The notes under the pieces are model-generated. The model was not told the origin of the DNA and made no database searches. It was given only the letters and a program-made list of their open reading frames with translations. From assembly GCF_001194135.2 (NCBI RefSeq), contig NC_068982.1, forward strand, positions 180,838,508 through 180,883,456: DNA of 44,949 bases, read 5' to 3'. Below are positions 12,790 to 25,385 of this stretch, piece by piece; within the stretch, counting starts at the first letter, position 1, and each line of letters starts with the position of its first letter. Source of the stretch: Octopus bimaculoides (taxonomy: Eukaryota). Both the position numbers and the translations under genes were made by a program.

Positions 12790-13300
12790 AGAGTTTGCGA
12801 CTTTTCTTACTTTGGAGCTCGAAGTACTCATCCATTCACCCATCCATCTATCCTCCATACGTCTATTTACTCTGCCTGCTATTCTTATGAGTGCCGTAGT
12901 GTAGAGTCTTTAGATACCTTCTCCATAAAATAGTCATAAGCAACTCTCATTAGAAACTCCTACTGAGTACCTAACAGTGACCAACTGAGATTGGATTCCA
13001 TCGTTCCATCTCGTTTTTGGTCTACTTATATTCCTTTCAGTTAATTCGGCTTGAAGAATCCGCCATGCGATGCTTTCCTGCGACATTCTAGTCATATATC
13101 CGTAGTACGGGAGCTGTGACTTCTTAATGTGAAGGTGTATCAGATTGATTTGCAGAAACTCCCTGCTATCGAAGCGATGTACCCAGTCAATTAACGTCAT
13201 TAAAGAGATCTTTCGGAGGAACCAACTTCGGCCGCCTGTACTCGAGGCCGTACTGTTTCAGTCACTACCCAGCATTAGATAAAAAAAAAATCCGATAGAG
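12790..13300 (-). mobile_element. RTE-clade LINE 3' fragment (RT C-terminus and tail)
   Basis: Minus strand: CWVVTETVRPRVQAAEVG, then SQLPYYGYMTRMSQESIAWRILQA...SRPKTRWNDGI (RLRWYGHVxRM...GRPKxRW motif). ATGG-type short repeat tail near 12835-12855. Confidence 0.75.
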
Positions 13301-13539
13301 ATAAATTGTTCGATGTTTCGCTGGGATCAATTGACAGTGCTGATGCCTGCGATCTTATCGGTCGCTTTACATTAACCACAATGAGATTCATGTTCTCATC
13401 CCACGATGTAAGTATGTACTGAGATAATAGAGTGGGAATTTCCCATAACTGATAGTTTCTTCGGAAAAAGACAGCGCTACCTTTAGTCAATTAGGTCTGA
13501 AAATTATCGTTACTGTTAATTTGTCAATAATCAAATGTC

Positions 13540-14410
13540 TTCAGATGTTTCCCTATGATCTAAATTCTCACTCTTATTAACAGTTTCATTAGCATAGGAG
13601 GAACTTTCCTACGTACATAAATAGAACTTCCCTATAGTGTTAAACATTTCTGAAAGGTAAAATTAATAATAGGATATCCAATGTTTCTTTTTCTAAAGAT
13701 ATTTAATAATGCCCTAGTTATCAGTGGCTATGATGATAAGACATACAACATTTCTCGTAATAAGATAAACAATCAAAATAGACCTAAGAATAGAGTTAGG
13801 AAAATAATTTGGTTCACCCCACCTTCCGTCTACACGTTAAAACTAACATCTCTCATAGATAAGCATTTTCAAGAGAATCACACATACACAAAGATATGTA
13901 ATAAACGCTCAGTTACATTATCTTATAGATGCTGCCCCAGTATGAAGAGTAGCATTACCCGTGAACACCACCAAGAGCCTGCAACCAGTTGCACCTGTCG
14001 TAGCCCTGAAGTTTGGCCACTTGGCTAGGCGTGCATGATATCTCCGCTGTATATGAGGCAGATGTAATAGCAATGATATGTGGTAACCTGACCCCAAAGA
14101 AGAGTTACATCGGGTTATGCGAAGGCAACTTCAAAAGATGCTATGCTAACAACCCATATCTCCGGCAAAATGTCATAGTAAAGCCACTTAGATGGCTAGC
14201 CTCATATGAGATCTGATGACCAAACTCTACGCCGTGTACAATCAAGATAAAAGTCATCGAAAATTCCATGCCATATATTAATATGCAAGTTATGCCTAGC
14301 TGAAAGATTACCCATCCATTTTTATCTAAGTATTCCAGCACAAGTTTGAATTCCAGGTCTGAAGTTTTCAGCAAATGGAAACATATTGACATATTTCTAT
14401 TGACGAATTG
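13540..14410 (+). mobile_element. Penelope-like element 3' remnant with GIY-YIG endonuclease
   Basis: RVRKIIWFTPP..LIDKHFQENHTYTKICNKRSVTLSY, CTCR.PE..PL, VYEADV, KSYIGLCEGNFKRCYAN (YIG motif), CKLCLAE and LNSRSEVFSKWKH. Multiple frameshifts. Confidence 0.85.
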
Positions 14411-14937
14411 AAGAATACCACTCTCTCCGGATTGCGCCGTGATATAGTAGACTTTAGGCCCCTTGCGTTGATTCCACTTCAACTAGCTTTATAGCTTTAC
14501 GGTCAATGGATACATACCTCTAGATCTTTTCCCTTTTCTTTTTCCGCTTGTTTCAATTTTCCACTTTTGCGTGCATCTTCTCATTTTCTTCTCGCGATTT
14601 GTTTTGTTCTATTGACCTCACTTGTAACTGGTATAGGCCATCTTCACAGAGCAGATAGATTATTTGGGGACACTAGGTGCGTTATTAAGACGTGCCTAGA
14701 AAATATTTAAAATGCATCAAACGATTATTAGCTCATAACTGTATATTATGTACATTAAAAAATGTTTGCCTCTCACTTAATGGAGTACTTTGTCATTGAT
14801 CTTACCGAAACCGAAAAGTAAACTACAATATATATATATATCTATGTATACACTCACTCAAACACACATACACACACACGCTCACACACGCGCGCGCACA
14901 TCCACTCATATACATTATGTATGTATATATATATGTG

Positions 14938-14978
<41 letters not shown>

Positions 14979-15989
14979 TCTCTATAATATTTCAAAAATG
15001 TGCATCGTCAAAAGAAGATTTGAAAATTGCATAAACTTTTTTATTAACAGTAGAGGAAGAGAGGTATTACCCATAGCGTTTATCAGGTGATTATTACCTA
15101 GCGGGAAAATTGAGCTCATATTCACCTTTGAATATCTGAAGGCAGATGGTTAGAGAGAAAACGTGTCATTGTTTTGTATTTGTTACTCGAATTATTTCTT
15201 GCAGACAGAGATTTGAGACTCTAAGCATAAAGTTTGTTATTACTATTTTATATTTCTTTGTGAAACAAGCTTTCTTCCCTTGGAAAACAACACCGATATT
15301 ACGTAATAATGTTTAACACTTATTTATCTGTGGATTTCTTATATTAGAGATAAATATTTTCTAAGGGAAGAATATTGATCATGAGATCAAGAAAGTGTTC
15401 TTACACCTGGAGGGTGTAGCTGTTTGAAATAAGAGAAAGTGAATAAAATTTAATTACAAGATAACGTTATATATTGCGTTCTATAATCTACTAGAAATGA
15501 CGGAAAGTGTCATATGAAATAGTTGCCAAATAAAAGTATTTCAGTGATTTTGGAGCAGTTTATCAGGCACTGTTACGATGATAATATTGTTAATGTATGA
15601 AGAAATTCCGAGATGTTTTCATATGATTTTAAAGATACAATGTACATATTATAATAAACAGACATCATAAAATATATAAAACGTTGGTTGACAAAAACAT
15701 TATCTATATGTTGACAGAAAAATGGAACCTATATGAATAGTTTCTTGTATTTTAAATCATCAGGTATTTGAAATCTCTTCTGTCCATAGAGAGATTAGTA
15801 GCTCAGAGTTATTTATAGTGTACAGAAAATAAGACTTAGCTAAACAGGCTAGTATGATTTGAGTAATGGTGCATACACCGATAATGACATTTTTCACTGT
15901 CACTGGTTAGAGCATTATTGGGGCGCTCAAATAGTGGAGGTGGAGACCAATCAGGTCCTAGAAATAAAGGTCATTATAGTAAAAATATA

Positions 15990-16560
15990 AGACAGAGAAA
16001 TGAAAGAACACATGCTGCTCAGAGAATGGACGGTATCCGGTTGTGATCGAATACCCAACACTTGAGTGACCATCCTTTCGATACAGTTCAGGATGCCTGT
16101 GTTTGTAGCAGCAGCACTCTTTGGAGTTGTAGGTGCCATATTGCAATGCAACTCGACTAAGAATAAATTCTGGATCGCAGTGTTTGGGTGTAATGGAACG
16201 GACACATTCAGGGATCAGTGGCCTTATCGATATGCAGCAAGCAGGGCGCATACGGAAATAGCAGTCTAGTATACTGCAAAGGGATGGATTAATAAGGATT
16301 GATAAGGATGAATAGTTGGGATTTGGATGCACATTTAGCAGCGAAGGTCAGCTGAAGTCTTTCTCCATGATTTGAAATCTCTCGGTGTTTAGAGATGGAG
16401 TAAAATGGAAACAGTAGAGTCGATGGATTTTCCTTTGGTAAAGAATCAGAAAGATCATTTGCAGTTTGCAAGATATGAATGGCCCAGGGCCCTTAGGTAC
16501 ACATCAGATAGATGTCTTAAAAGAATTGCTTCATTACGTCAAAGCCATCCAGTTTTCGAA
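15990..16560 (+). mobile_element. Probable Ty3/Gypsy pol remnant (RNase H to integrase Zn-finger region)
   Basis: MPVFVAAALFGVVGAILQ (cf. VAADASxYGVGAVL), YTAKGW, NLSVFRDGVKW (cf. ELSVxDGCLLW) and FARYEWP (cf. ARSYVWWP) occur in the expected order. Confidence 0.45.
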
Positions 16561-17317
16561 ATTGAGTGAACTTGAGGTTTGGAGAAATATCTACTAGATA
16601 GTGCACAACACAACGGATTTAAATATAAGATTATTAGATTGCTACCCATGTTTCTGCTGAGAGAGAAATATGACGTAAGGTGCAAACGTATGGCTTCCTC
16701 TTCACAGCAAAGCTAAAATTGTATCTTTATTCAGAGATGTATATCTTATGTTTTAAGTTGTCTGAACATGTTGTGCACTGCAATCCAAACTAATGAAATA
16801 GACCACATTCTCGCTGCATTTTCTGCTATACAATTTAGTTGAGCGTTAATTTGAATGCGCTATAACTATCATAAGCTACAAATATTTCTGTAAACAGAGT
16901 ATCCTTTCTCTCATTAAGGTATAAAAAAACTAGAAACTGATCAGACTGATCATATTTTTTTCTGTTACGGAGAAATAGAATACACTGTGTAAACGATTTG
17001 GTAACTTCTCACGTCGATGATAATGTAGGAGACTGATTTAAAAAGAGGGGATACATTAGATTTCAAATTTCTCTGATAATATTGTTAGACTATAATATCT
17101 CTCTGTACTAAAAGCAAGTCATGCCTCTACTACTTCCACAAATTTCAATTACAGTATTTGTGGTAATTGGGGAAAGAAAAATGTCAGAAAGCGTACTGTT
17201 ACTGATATCATCGGCAATACTAATCATATTATCAGAACAAATACGACACGAATAACTTCCACGCTATCCTCAAGACCACCGCCAGCACCTCCACCACCAT
17301 TACCACTGCCGCTTCCT

Positions 17318-17401
17318 CCGCCACCACTGCCAACGCCTCCGCCACCACTGCCAACGCCTCTGCCACCACTGCCAACGCCTCCGCCACCACTGCCAACGCC
17401 T
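17318..17401. repeat. GC-rich 21-bp minisatellite, 4 units, within a CCA/CCG-rich tract (17270-17430)
   Basis: CCGCCACCACTGCCAACGCCT at 17318, 17339, 17360 (one C>T) and 17381. Confidence 0.95.
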
Positions 17402-17840
17402 CCGCCGCCTCGCCGCCGCCACCACCACAAAAAAACACAACAAAAGCAATCCATATTACGTAAATACCGTTAACAATGTCTGCAAGTAGAACCAAATGTC
17501 ATTGGCGGTAACCATGGTAATAATGACAAAAACAAAACAAGTTCAACAAAATTTGGACTCAATAACAAAGCGTTCGAAGAGAATGTTGCCAAATGGCTTA
17601 ACCAAATTTATTGACGTTCATAAATGTTGCCTGCAGTCCTCAACACAAGTTCGACACACAGTTTTCCTAGTTGCCGATTCGGAGGTAATCATTGGTTTCA
17701 CATCAATAGATTTCTTTTGATAGATTTTCCCGGAGAATTCTCGTGACATTTCAAAATAGATTCTATTTTGTTTTGATTTCCTTTTCAAAGTTGAAGATAA
17801 CTGACTCATTCTACCTTCTAAATTACTCGGTAGGAGACCG

Positions 17841-17893
17841 ATGTTTGAGAAAATATGTATGCAGAAATGTGTGCATCCACCGGTTTATCGAAT
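17841..17893 (+). CDS. Candidate first coding exon of a small membrane protein (MFEKICMQKCVHPPVYR, phase 2 end)
   Basis: Donor AAT|GTAAGT at 17894. Upstream acceptors TTTCCTTTTCAAAG|17791 and CTGAC...CGGTAG|17834. In-frame TGA at 17802 precedes ATG 17841. Confidence 0.45.
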
Positions 17894-19786
17894 GTAAGTT
17901 CTTTGCAAACGAAGTGAGAAGAATTACTTCCTTAGATGTGTTTTGTAAATCTATTGATCATTTTCTCAAAAGAAAGCCGTGATTTTTCTAAGTTATTTTC
18001 CTCTATTATAAATGAGAGATTAAAAGTCGGTGTGCATTTTTAGGAAAGATCTTTTACGAAGTGATTTTTCTGACTAAGATGAAAATGGTGCTCTAGAAAT
18101 TTTGGGCATTTTAAGATTAAGCACAATCGCAAAAATATCCAATTTTGGTACATAAAATATCATTTTATTATATACAGTTATGACTTTTTAAAATAAGTTT
18201 TGTAATTTGTCTCTTCTACCTATGTTTTGGATTTTTCTCGCCGAAAGAGAAATAGCAAATATGCAGTTATCTATGCNNNNNNNNNNNNNNNNNNNNNNNN
18301 NNNNNNNNNNNNNNNNNNNNNNNNNNNNNNNNNNNNNNNNNNNNNNNNNNNNNNNNNNNNNNNNNNNNNNNNNNNNNNNNNNNNNNNNNNNNNNNNNNNN
18401 NNNNNNNNNNNNNNNNNNNNNNNNNNNNNNNNNNNNNNNNNNNNNNNNNNNNNNNNNNNNNNNNNNNNNNNNNNNNNNNNNNNNNNNNNNNNNNNNNNNN
18501 NNNNNNNNNNNNNNNNNNNNNNNNNNNNNNNNNNNNNNNNNNNNNNNNNNNNNNNNNNNNNNNNNNNNNNNNNNNNNNNNNNNNNNNNNNNNNNNNNNNN
18601 NNNNNNNNNNNNNNNNNNNNNNNNNNNNNNNNNNNNNNNNNNNNNNNNNNNNNNNNNNNNNNNNNNNNNNNNNNNNNNNNNNNNNNNNNNNNNNNNNNNN
18701 NNNNNNNNNNNNNNNNNNNNNNNNNNNNNNNNNNNNNNNNNNNNNNNNNNNNNNNNNNNNNNNNNNNNNNNNNNNNNNNNNNNNNNNNNNNNNNNNNNNN
18801 NNNNNNNNNNNNNNNNNNNNNNNNNNNNNNNNNNNNNNNNNNNNNNNNNNNNNNNNNNNNNNNNNNNNNNNNNNNNNNNNNNNNNNNNNNNNNNNNNNNN
18901 NNNNNNNNNNNNNNNNNNNNNNNNNNNNNNNNNNNNNNNNNNNNNNNNNNNNNNNNNNNNNNNNNNNNNNNNNNNNNNNNNNNNNNNNNNNNNNNNNNNN
19001 NNNNNNNNNNNNNNNNNNNNNNNNNNNNNNNNNNNNNNNNNNNNNNNNNNNNNNNNNNNNNNNNNNNNNNNNNNNNNNNNNNNNNNNNNNNNNNNNNNNN
19101 NNNNNNNNNNNNNNNNNNNNNNNNNNNNNNNNNNNNNNNNNNNNNNNNNNNNNNNNNNNNNNNNNNNNNNNNNNNNNNNNNNNNNNNNNNNNNNNNNNNN
19201 NNNNNNNNNNNNNNNNNNNNNNNNNNNNNNNNNNNNNNNNNNNNNNNNNNNNACTAGAATTCAATGAGTTTAACTACATTTATCACTGGAATATCCACAT
19301 TCTTTATTGAAAATATTTTTACACATTAATGTGAAATGTTCACATTAATTTATTTCAATGAAAATTGAAACGGAAATAAAAATTCAACTTGAAAGGATCA
19401 ACTTTATAATAAATCAACATATCAGAAAACTTTAGCACGAGGGTGAGAAACCTTTTTAGATTTCAATCAAGTGTAATCTAATATGAACACATTAAGGAAA
19501 AAGTATCAAATATACAGAATTAATTTCTGATTTATATCTATTGAGACAGCGTAATCATAATGGTTTCAAACACAGGCACTATGTCACAGATTTTGATGAG
19601 TAGTTTAATCGCGAATGGTAGCTTATTTTATCGAAATGATGAGGTACAAAGTTGAATTCGACGAAATTTGAACCCAGCATTTTGCGACATGCACTTTATC
19701 AGAAGCATTAACGAAACTAGGTTGCACACAGCGTAAAAAACCCACGTTTTGTACAGGTATTTCGAAAAATCAAATTGACTTAAATA

Positions 19787-20450
19787 TTGGTTGTCAGATA
19801 TATTTGTCCACTTTTCACGTCTATTTGAATACATTTCCATGAATGATTTTAACAAATCAGACAATACCGTATTCTCCTTCCCTATTCACGACTTCATGCC
19901 AACCTTGAATTAGCTTTTCAATGACTGGACGGTAGAAATCATCGGCTCTTGACACGAAAAATTCGTAGAGCAACGTTTTAATCTTTGCATCATTGTTGAA
20001 CACGTTGCAGATGTTGTTGAGCAACTGAAAAAGTTAATAATCTGAGGCAATACATCAGAAAAAATACGGTGCATGCGGCAAAACTTCACATCCGAACTCT
20101 TAGGTAGTAGTTTAGGTTCAAATGGAGATGTGGGGAGAGTGTTGCTGAGAAGGAGTATCCGTGTAACCGGTCGAGTGGCTTCAGCTCGATTGCCCATCTA
20201 ATGAAGGTGATTCCACTTGTTGAGTCAATTCTCGCAGATTGGCGGGTATCCTTGTGTATCAGCACATGTAATTGCTTCTCATTGAACTGACGAATTGCTC
20301 CTTCTTGAAAAAGGAAAACCTTTTCTGTGCGCCCCCTTCAGTAATAGAGGCGTGTTTGTACACAACACAAATGTCATGAAGAAATTTATCTCACGTTTAT
20401 TTCATTGTACACTATCGATGTCTTACATTTATATACGGTATCTCCGAAAC
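19787..20450 (-). mobile_element. Internally deleted mariner (DD34D-type) transposase pseudo-copy
   Basis: Minus strand in order: DICVVYKHASITEGGAQKRFSFFKK (HTH), LHVLIHKDTRQSAR, NHLH*MG, EVLPHAPYFSDVLP (HPPYSPDLAPSD motif), FYRPVIEKLIQGWHEVVNREGEY. TIR-like TATTGGTTGTCAGATAT near 19785. Confidence 0.8.
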
Positions 20451-21306
20451 ACCAAACACGCATATAGATCGACCTGATAATGAAAGTACCACGTTGTTAA
20501 ATAAAATCGTTCATTTCTTGTCCACTGACATGAAAAAGTATTTGTATTGTAGTGAGTTATGTGTTTTTTTTATTGTAGCTTTATTTTTTGTTTGCAATTT
20601 TTGTTTTTTTAAAATAACAACATATTTTAACTCTTTTCGGACATTTCACGATGATGTACCAAACAAAAAAAAATATGAGGCTAATCCAATACAAGATCCT
20701 GGAAAAATATACGACATTGTCAATGAAGAGTTTTCGTTTCGGTAAATGCACCGCTTCAGCAAAATGATCCAATGGAAAAAGTTCGACCAGATCTCTGCGT
20801 AGTGAGTCCGAATCCAAATTCAATTTTCCATTTCAATGCTTCGGGTCTATAAATGTAATACCACCCTTCTTTCGATTCTTCTTTTTTTATTCATTTCATT
20901 GCTCGTCATATGTCTCTTGTGATGGCACCAAAGTCTGGAAGCTAGTTTGCTACATTTCAAAATTTTCCCCTTCACTCCTGATGCTTCTTAAAAAACTATA
21001 GTCAATACATTTAAAAATGTGCAAAACATTTTGAACTGACCTCATTCAAAGAAAAAAAAAACAATTTGCGAAAAGTCAAAGACAAATAAGAAAATTTAAT
21101 TATTAACTAAAATTTACTTGGCAAATTGTTAAAATTCAGTGAGTTTGACAGCTTCAGTAATTTGCACTATTTGATACTGTAAGCGATGAACCAGAAAACT
21201 GTTTAGCCATTAATGTGTGCAAAAAGAAAGTATTGACTGGACGTAAGAAATAAGATTGATGAATTTCACTTGTTTGCTCCCTTCTGTAATCTTCCCTCTT
21301 TCTGTA

Positions 21307-21307
<1 letters not shown>

Positions 21308-21378
<71 letters not shown>

Positions 21379-21400
21379 CGTCTGTCTATCTATCTATCTA
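21308..21400. repeat. (TATC)n tetranucleotide microsatellite
   Basis: Directly visible. Confidence 0.95.
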
Positions 21401-21849
21401 AGACATTAAGGTGACAGAGGAGTAAATGATTGTTATGAACTCCATTAACTTACAGTTCTTTCTGTTACAAGATGCAATGCACTCATAATTGATTGCTTGA
21501 GAATCACCCTATAACTTAATCGGAGCATCAAACCTGAAGTATATTGAGTTCTAGCAAAACGTTATTAGTGGCGCAATGCCCAAGCGAAATATTTGTAAGA
21601 GTAATTTACCCAGTGTTTAAAAAAAATAAAGAATTAAAGAACTAAGGTTTAGAACGGAGGCGTTAAATGCAATACCCAAGCCTTGTTTTAGGGTGAATCC
21701 CAGATAGGGTGCCTGAAGAGCACGTTCACCACTTATGGCTATCAGGCGTCATCAGCATTACACCCGGAATTCCGATGTGCGCGTAGGGTATATTCTGTAT
21801 CAATCTTTTGAATATATATTTGAAATCGGTCCTAAAGTTAAGCTGATAT

Positions 21850-24265
21850 GCCTAGATATGTATATACACTCTCTAAAAAACAAAATTAAACTTAGCCTGT
21901 GCTCAAGAACACAAGATGCAATTAATTGGTTTACAAAGATTCAATACAAGAAAATATACAAATTTATCCAAATAGACATTGACGATTATTACCAATCTAT
22001 TAACCCAATTTTATTAAATAAAGCGCTCATATTTCCTAAGAATAGAACAAACTTTCTCATGAGAGAAATAAAAATCATACTCGCAGCTAGAAAAACTGAT
22101 ATCCCATAAAGATAAATACTGGGCAAGAATAGATACACCAGATGTTTCGATACAGCAATGGGCGCACAGGACTCCACAGAGGTAACCGACATAGTCGGCA
22201 TCTGTCTACTACATGAATTTAATGAGAAGTTTCCTGAATTAGAAGGTGAACGATGCCCTATTCTTAGTAACGAACAATACAAATTGAAAATTGGAAAAAT
22301 TACAAAAGGAGACTTCATAATTTTTTAAGAACCAAGGATTATTGATACCAATTGAAAAATATAATATATCTGTGAATATTCCTAATGTTAATGTTAACCT
22401 TAGCACAAGTATTTACCAACCTTATTAAAAACCTACTCCGAACGTTAGACATATAAACACAAACAGAAACCATCCACATAATATTATAGAAGGCCTTTCT
22501 ACAAATATAGAGAGAAGAATCAATTACCTATCTTTAAACGAAGAAGTATGTAATAAACGCAATTATTACAATATAGCACTTAAGAAGGCAGGATATAAGT
22601 ATGAAATTAAGTAAAATAGGAATTGCAAAACCACTGAAAATCATATTGAAAATAAATACAAAAATAATAAGGATAAAACTAGAGACTCAGACACCTATAA
22701 TGAAATAGTATATCCTCACAAAGTAGCAATGAAAAGTCTCAATAACAAACATAAATATAACAAACATGTTAAACAGGACAATTATAATAAAGAAAGTAAA
22801 CTAAAACATGGTAAACATACTAGCAAAAATAAAATTTAAAATACAAACAAGAATCATATTATTATTATCATTATTACAAAAATGTCAATAAACCCCAAAA
22901 TAATACTTGGGCAAATAACCACTATTACAAACTTAAAATAAAGATACGAATTAAATCATAAACTTAAGAAAAGAAGAAAAATATGAATAGCCCGAGCACG
23001 ATTATCAACAATAACTACAAGAGTAACAATAATTAAACCAATAATAATAAAAGTAATAATGATAATAAAAACATAATTAGAAAGAAATTAATACCATATG
23101 GGAGAAAAATGATATTCTGATTAGAAATCGATGCAGATAAAACCACATAGATCATAATACCTTTTGTTAAACAATTAAAGGCAATTTTTATTAAATCTAT
23201 TAAAATGATTATCAATAAAAGATTTAAAAACACTAGATATGCAAAATAATTTAATAACAAGCATATCAGATATGAAATTTCATTTTCTCCCAACCGTTTT
23301 AGGATAACATCTTCCCTTAATAATAGAAAACTACATTTCTTCTATGAAAATTTAAAAAAAAACACAAATTGATACTAAAGCACACTAAAATTTTAAAAAA
23401 TGGAACATAATGGTACAAATAACAATGTAAACATCCCTACCGACAATAACTTATATAAATTAACAAAGTAGAATAATAACATTCCATTACCTACACAATA
23501 TATGCCATATATGCCCTTCTGCTTATATATAAGTATCTAGTGAGCGAGTATACGTGTATAAATGTGTGTTTGTTTATGAATGTAGGGTAAGTATATGGGA
23601 TTGTACACGCATGTATAGATGTATGTGTATATGTATGTATGTCTGTATATGTATATATACATATATATGTGTGTGTGTATGTATATATATATATGTGTGT
23701 GTGTCTATGCATGTATAAATATATGTATATACATGTATATATGGCTTTATGTGCATGTATGTACATAAGTATATTTATGTGTATGTATGTACATAAGTAT
23801 ATATATGTGCATTTGAGTGTGCATATTTCTATATCTGTGTTAGTTTATTTACGTTTGTATATGTAAATAAGAATATTGGCGATTAAGTAAAAAGTAAATT
23901 TATATTTGAAAATTCATTCACTTCCCTATTTTGGATGTCTCATCGTACATACAGCCTGACCAGTAATATATTTCATTTAAGGAGTTTTAAATAGACACAC
24001 ATATAAGATTCCATAGAGAGAATGTCAGTTTCTAATATTACATATATTAGCACCCACTTAATATTTTTTTTTTCTCTAGATTCAAATAGGCATGCCTGCA
24101 AGTACAATTACAATAATCCTAAAATGGTAACTAATAGAGAATCTATGTACTTCTAAAGTATTTTTTAATTTTTACATCAGCTACTGACGAGTACAAATAT
24201 GATTATTACAATTTTCTATTTATGAATATCTGAGTCTTTTTGTATGAAACAAATTGTATAGCAAC
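21850..24265 (+). mobile_element. Penelope-like element remnant: RT, thumb/linker and hammerhead-bearing 3' end
   Basis: AINWFTKIQ...KFIQIDIDDYYQSI...LLNKAL, FDTAMGAQDSTEVTDIVGICLL (cf. FDVTMGSxDGAEVCELVG), NHPHNII, NIALKKAGY and a decayed KIIWFNPP-type block near 23080-23330. Interrupted by microsatellites. Ends in a hammerhead motif. Confidence 0.8.
24180..24262 (+). ncRNA. Type I hammerhead ribozyme motif, near-intact
   Basis: Stem I GCTA(24180-83)/TAGC(24259-62); core CTGACGA 24184-90; stem II GTACAAA/TTTGTAT with 41-nt loop; GAAA 24246-49; stem III ACA/TGT with AAT loop; cleavage triplet GTA 24256-58. Confidence 0.75.
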
Positions 24266-24283
24266 ATGAAATATATAAACTAC

Positions 24284-25380
24284 TCGCAGAGAAACGCGGC
24301 CTTGCTCGGGATTAAAGTAGCATAGTTTTTTTTTATTGGTTTTCATGTTTCGGAATTATAACTCGATTTCATTCGGGTCTACTGGGGCCACATTTTGAAG
24401 ATGAAGAATAAAAACAAAAATGAAAATTTTATTTTAAATCGTGAATGAAAAAAGCATGCCAAATGTTTAAACGGTCTTTCAGAAGCTATTGGAGAAACCT
24501 CGGGGAGACAGATATGAAGGGCAAAGAATTATGGGAAAATGCTGGAAAATATACAAAACACCGGGTCTCTGCACAAAACTGGAATTGTATAACAGGACAG
24601 CACTTACAAAGTTTTGGATACAATATGTAGTCACACCCATCTAATTTTGCGGAATCAGTGTCGTGACGTGAACCTATGGTCTGGGATTGTAAATGCCAGT
24701 GGTCGTCAGGCTGCAGAGGTGACCAGCGACGTGAAGAAGGTAGATGCAGTTGGGCTAAAAAAATTGAGAAAGTTACAATGATTCCAGCGATGATGGAATA
24801 ATGGCGGTAGGTTCAAGAGCGTAATTGCAGGGCTTCTTTTAGACAACGTTCCTGGTGTTGCCTGGATTACCACAAATGAAGAGATTGCGTGACCTGTAGA
24901 CACAGAAGCATCCGACGTACAGTTGACCGTGAGTAAATCCCTGCTGTGTCAGATTTAGGCCAACTACTTCTAATGACTCTCCCTATGCCTTGTTGGTGTT
25001 CATTGCAAAGCATATTTTCACGGGAAACTGCCATCGCGTAAATTCAAATGGCACGGCAGAGAGTCTGAGGTTCATGGACGTTAATAACTTTGTCACGCCA
25101 GCAGACTGTCCGCTCATAATGGTTGTCGTCAGAGTTAAGGTCCCAAATGTTTTGATGATCAGACGCGTACCGTTGCATAGTTCGGCTGGTTCCACGTTTC
25201 TCAGCAGCATATCTGGAACACCAAACTTCAGTCTAAGGTCATAAGATGGAAGTCCGGGAGGTAGTTGGCTGTTGAGGAATTCAACAGGTGTGCAAATTTT
25301 CTGATCAATCCGACCATATTTACTAACACTTTGCATGCACGACTGCATGTGAGACAACGTCCACCCTGTTCACAAATATA
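24284..25380 (-). mobile_element. 5'-truncated Helitron: Pif1-like helicase C-terminus and 3' hairpin end
   Basis: PVEFLNSQLPPGLPSYDLRLKFGVPDMLLRNVEPAELCNGTRL...FPVKICFAMNTNKA*GESLEVVGLNL...FTHGQLYVGC...TRNVV*KEALQ, continuous in one frame with 2 premature stops (about 24820-25357). 3' end CCCGAGCAAGGCCGCG..TCTCTGCGAG|T near 24284-24312 (decayed hairpin plus CTAG). Confidence 0.9.
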
Positions 25381-25385
25381 TACTA

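Noticed and set aside
14518-14695. Minus-strand exon candidate with good acceptor and GTATGT donor
   Set aside because: Stops occur in all three frames and the sequence is better explained as PLE tail.
17224-17495. Gly-rich or Ala-rich minus-strand ORFs as structural proteins
   Set aside because: They arise from the 21-bp minisatellite; no signal peptide, splice support or continuation.
491-20450. All four Tc1/mariner remnants lie on the minus strand
   Set aside because: Four of four has a two-sided chance probability of 0.125; not meaningful.
21700-21760. CTGAAGA and CTGATGA cores on opposite strands
   Set aside because: No GAAA or NUH in the correct register on either strand.
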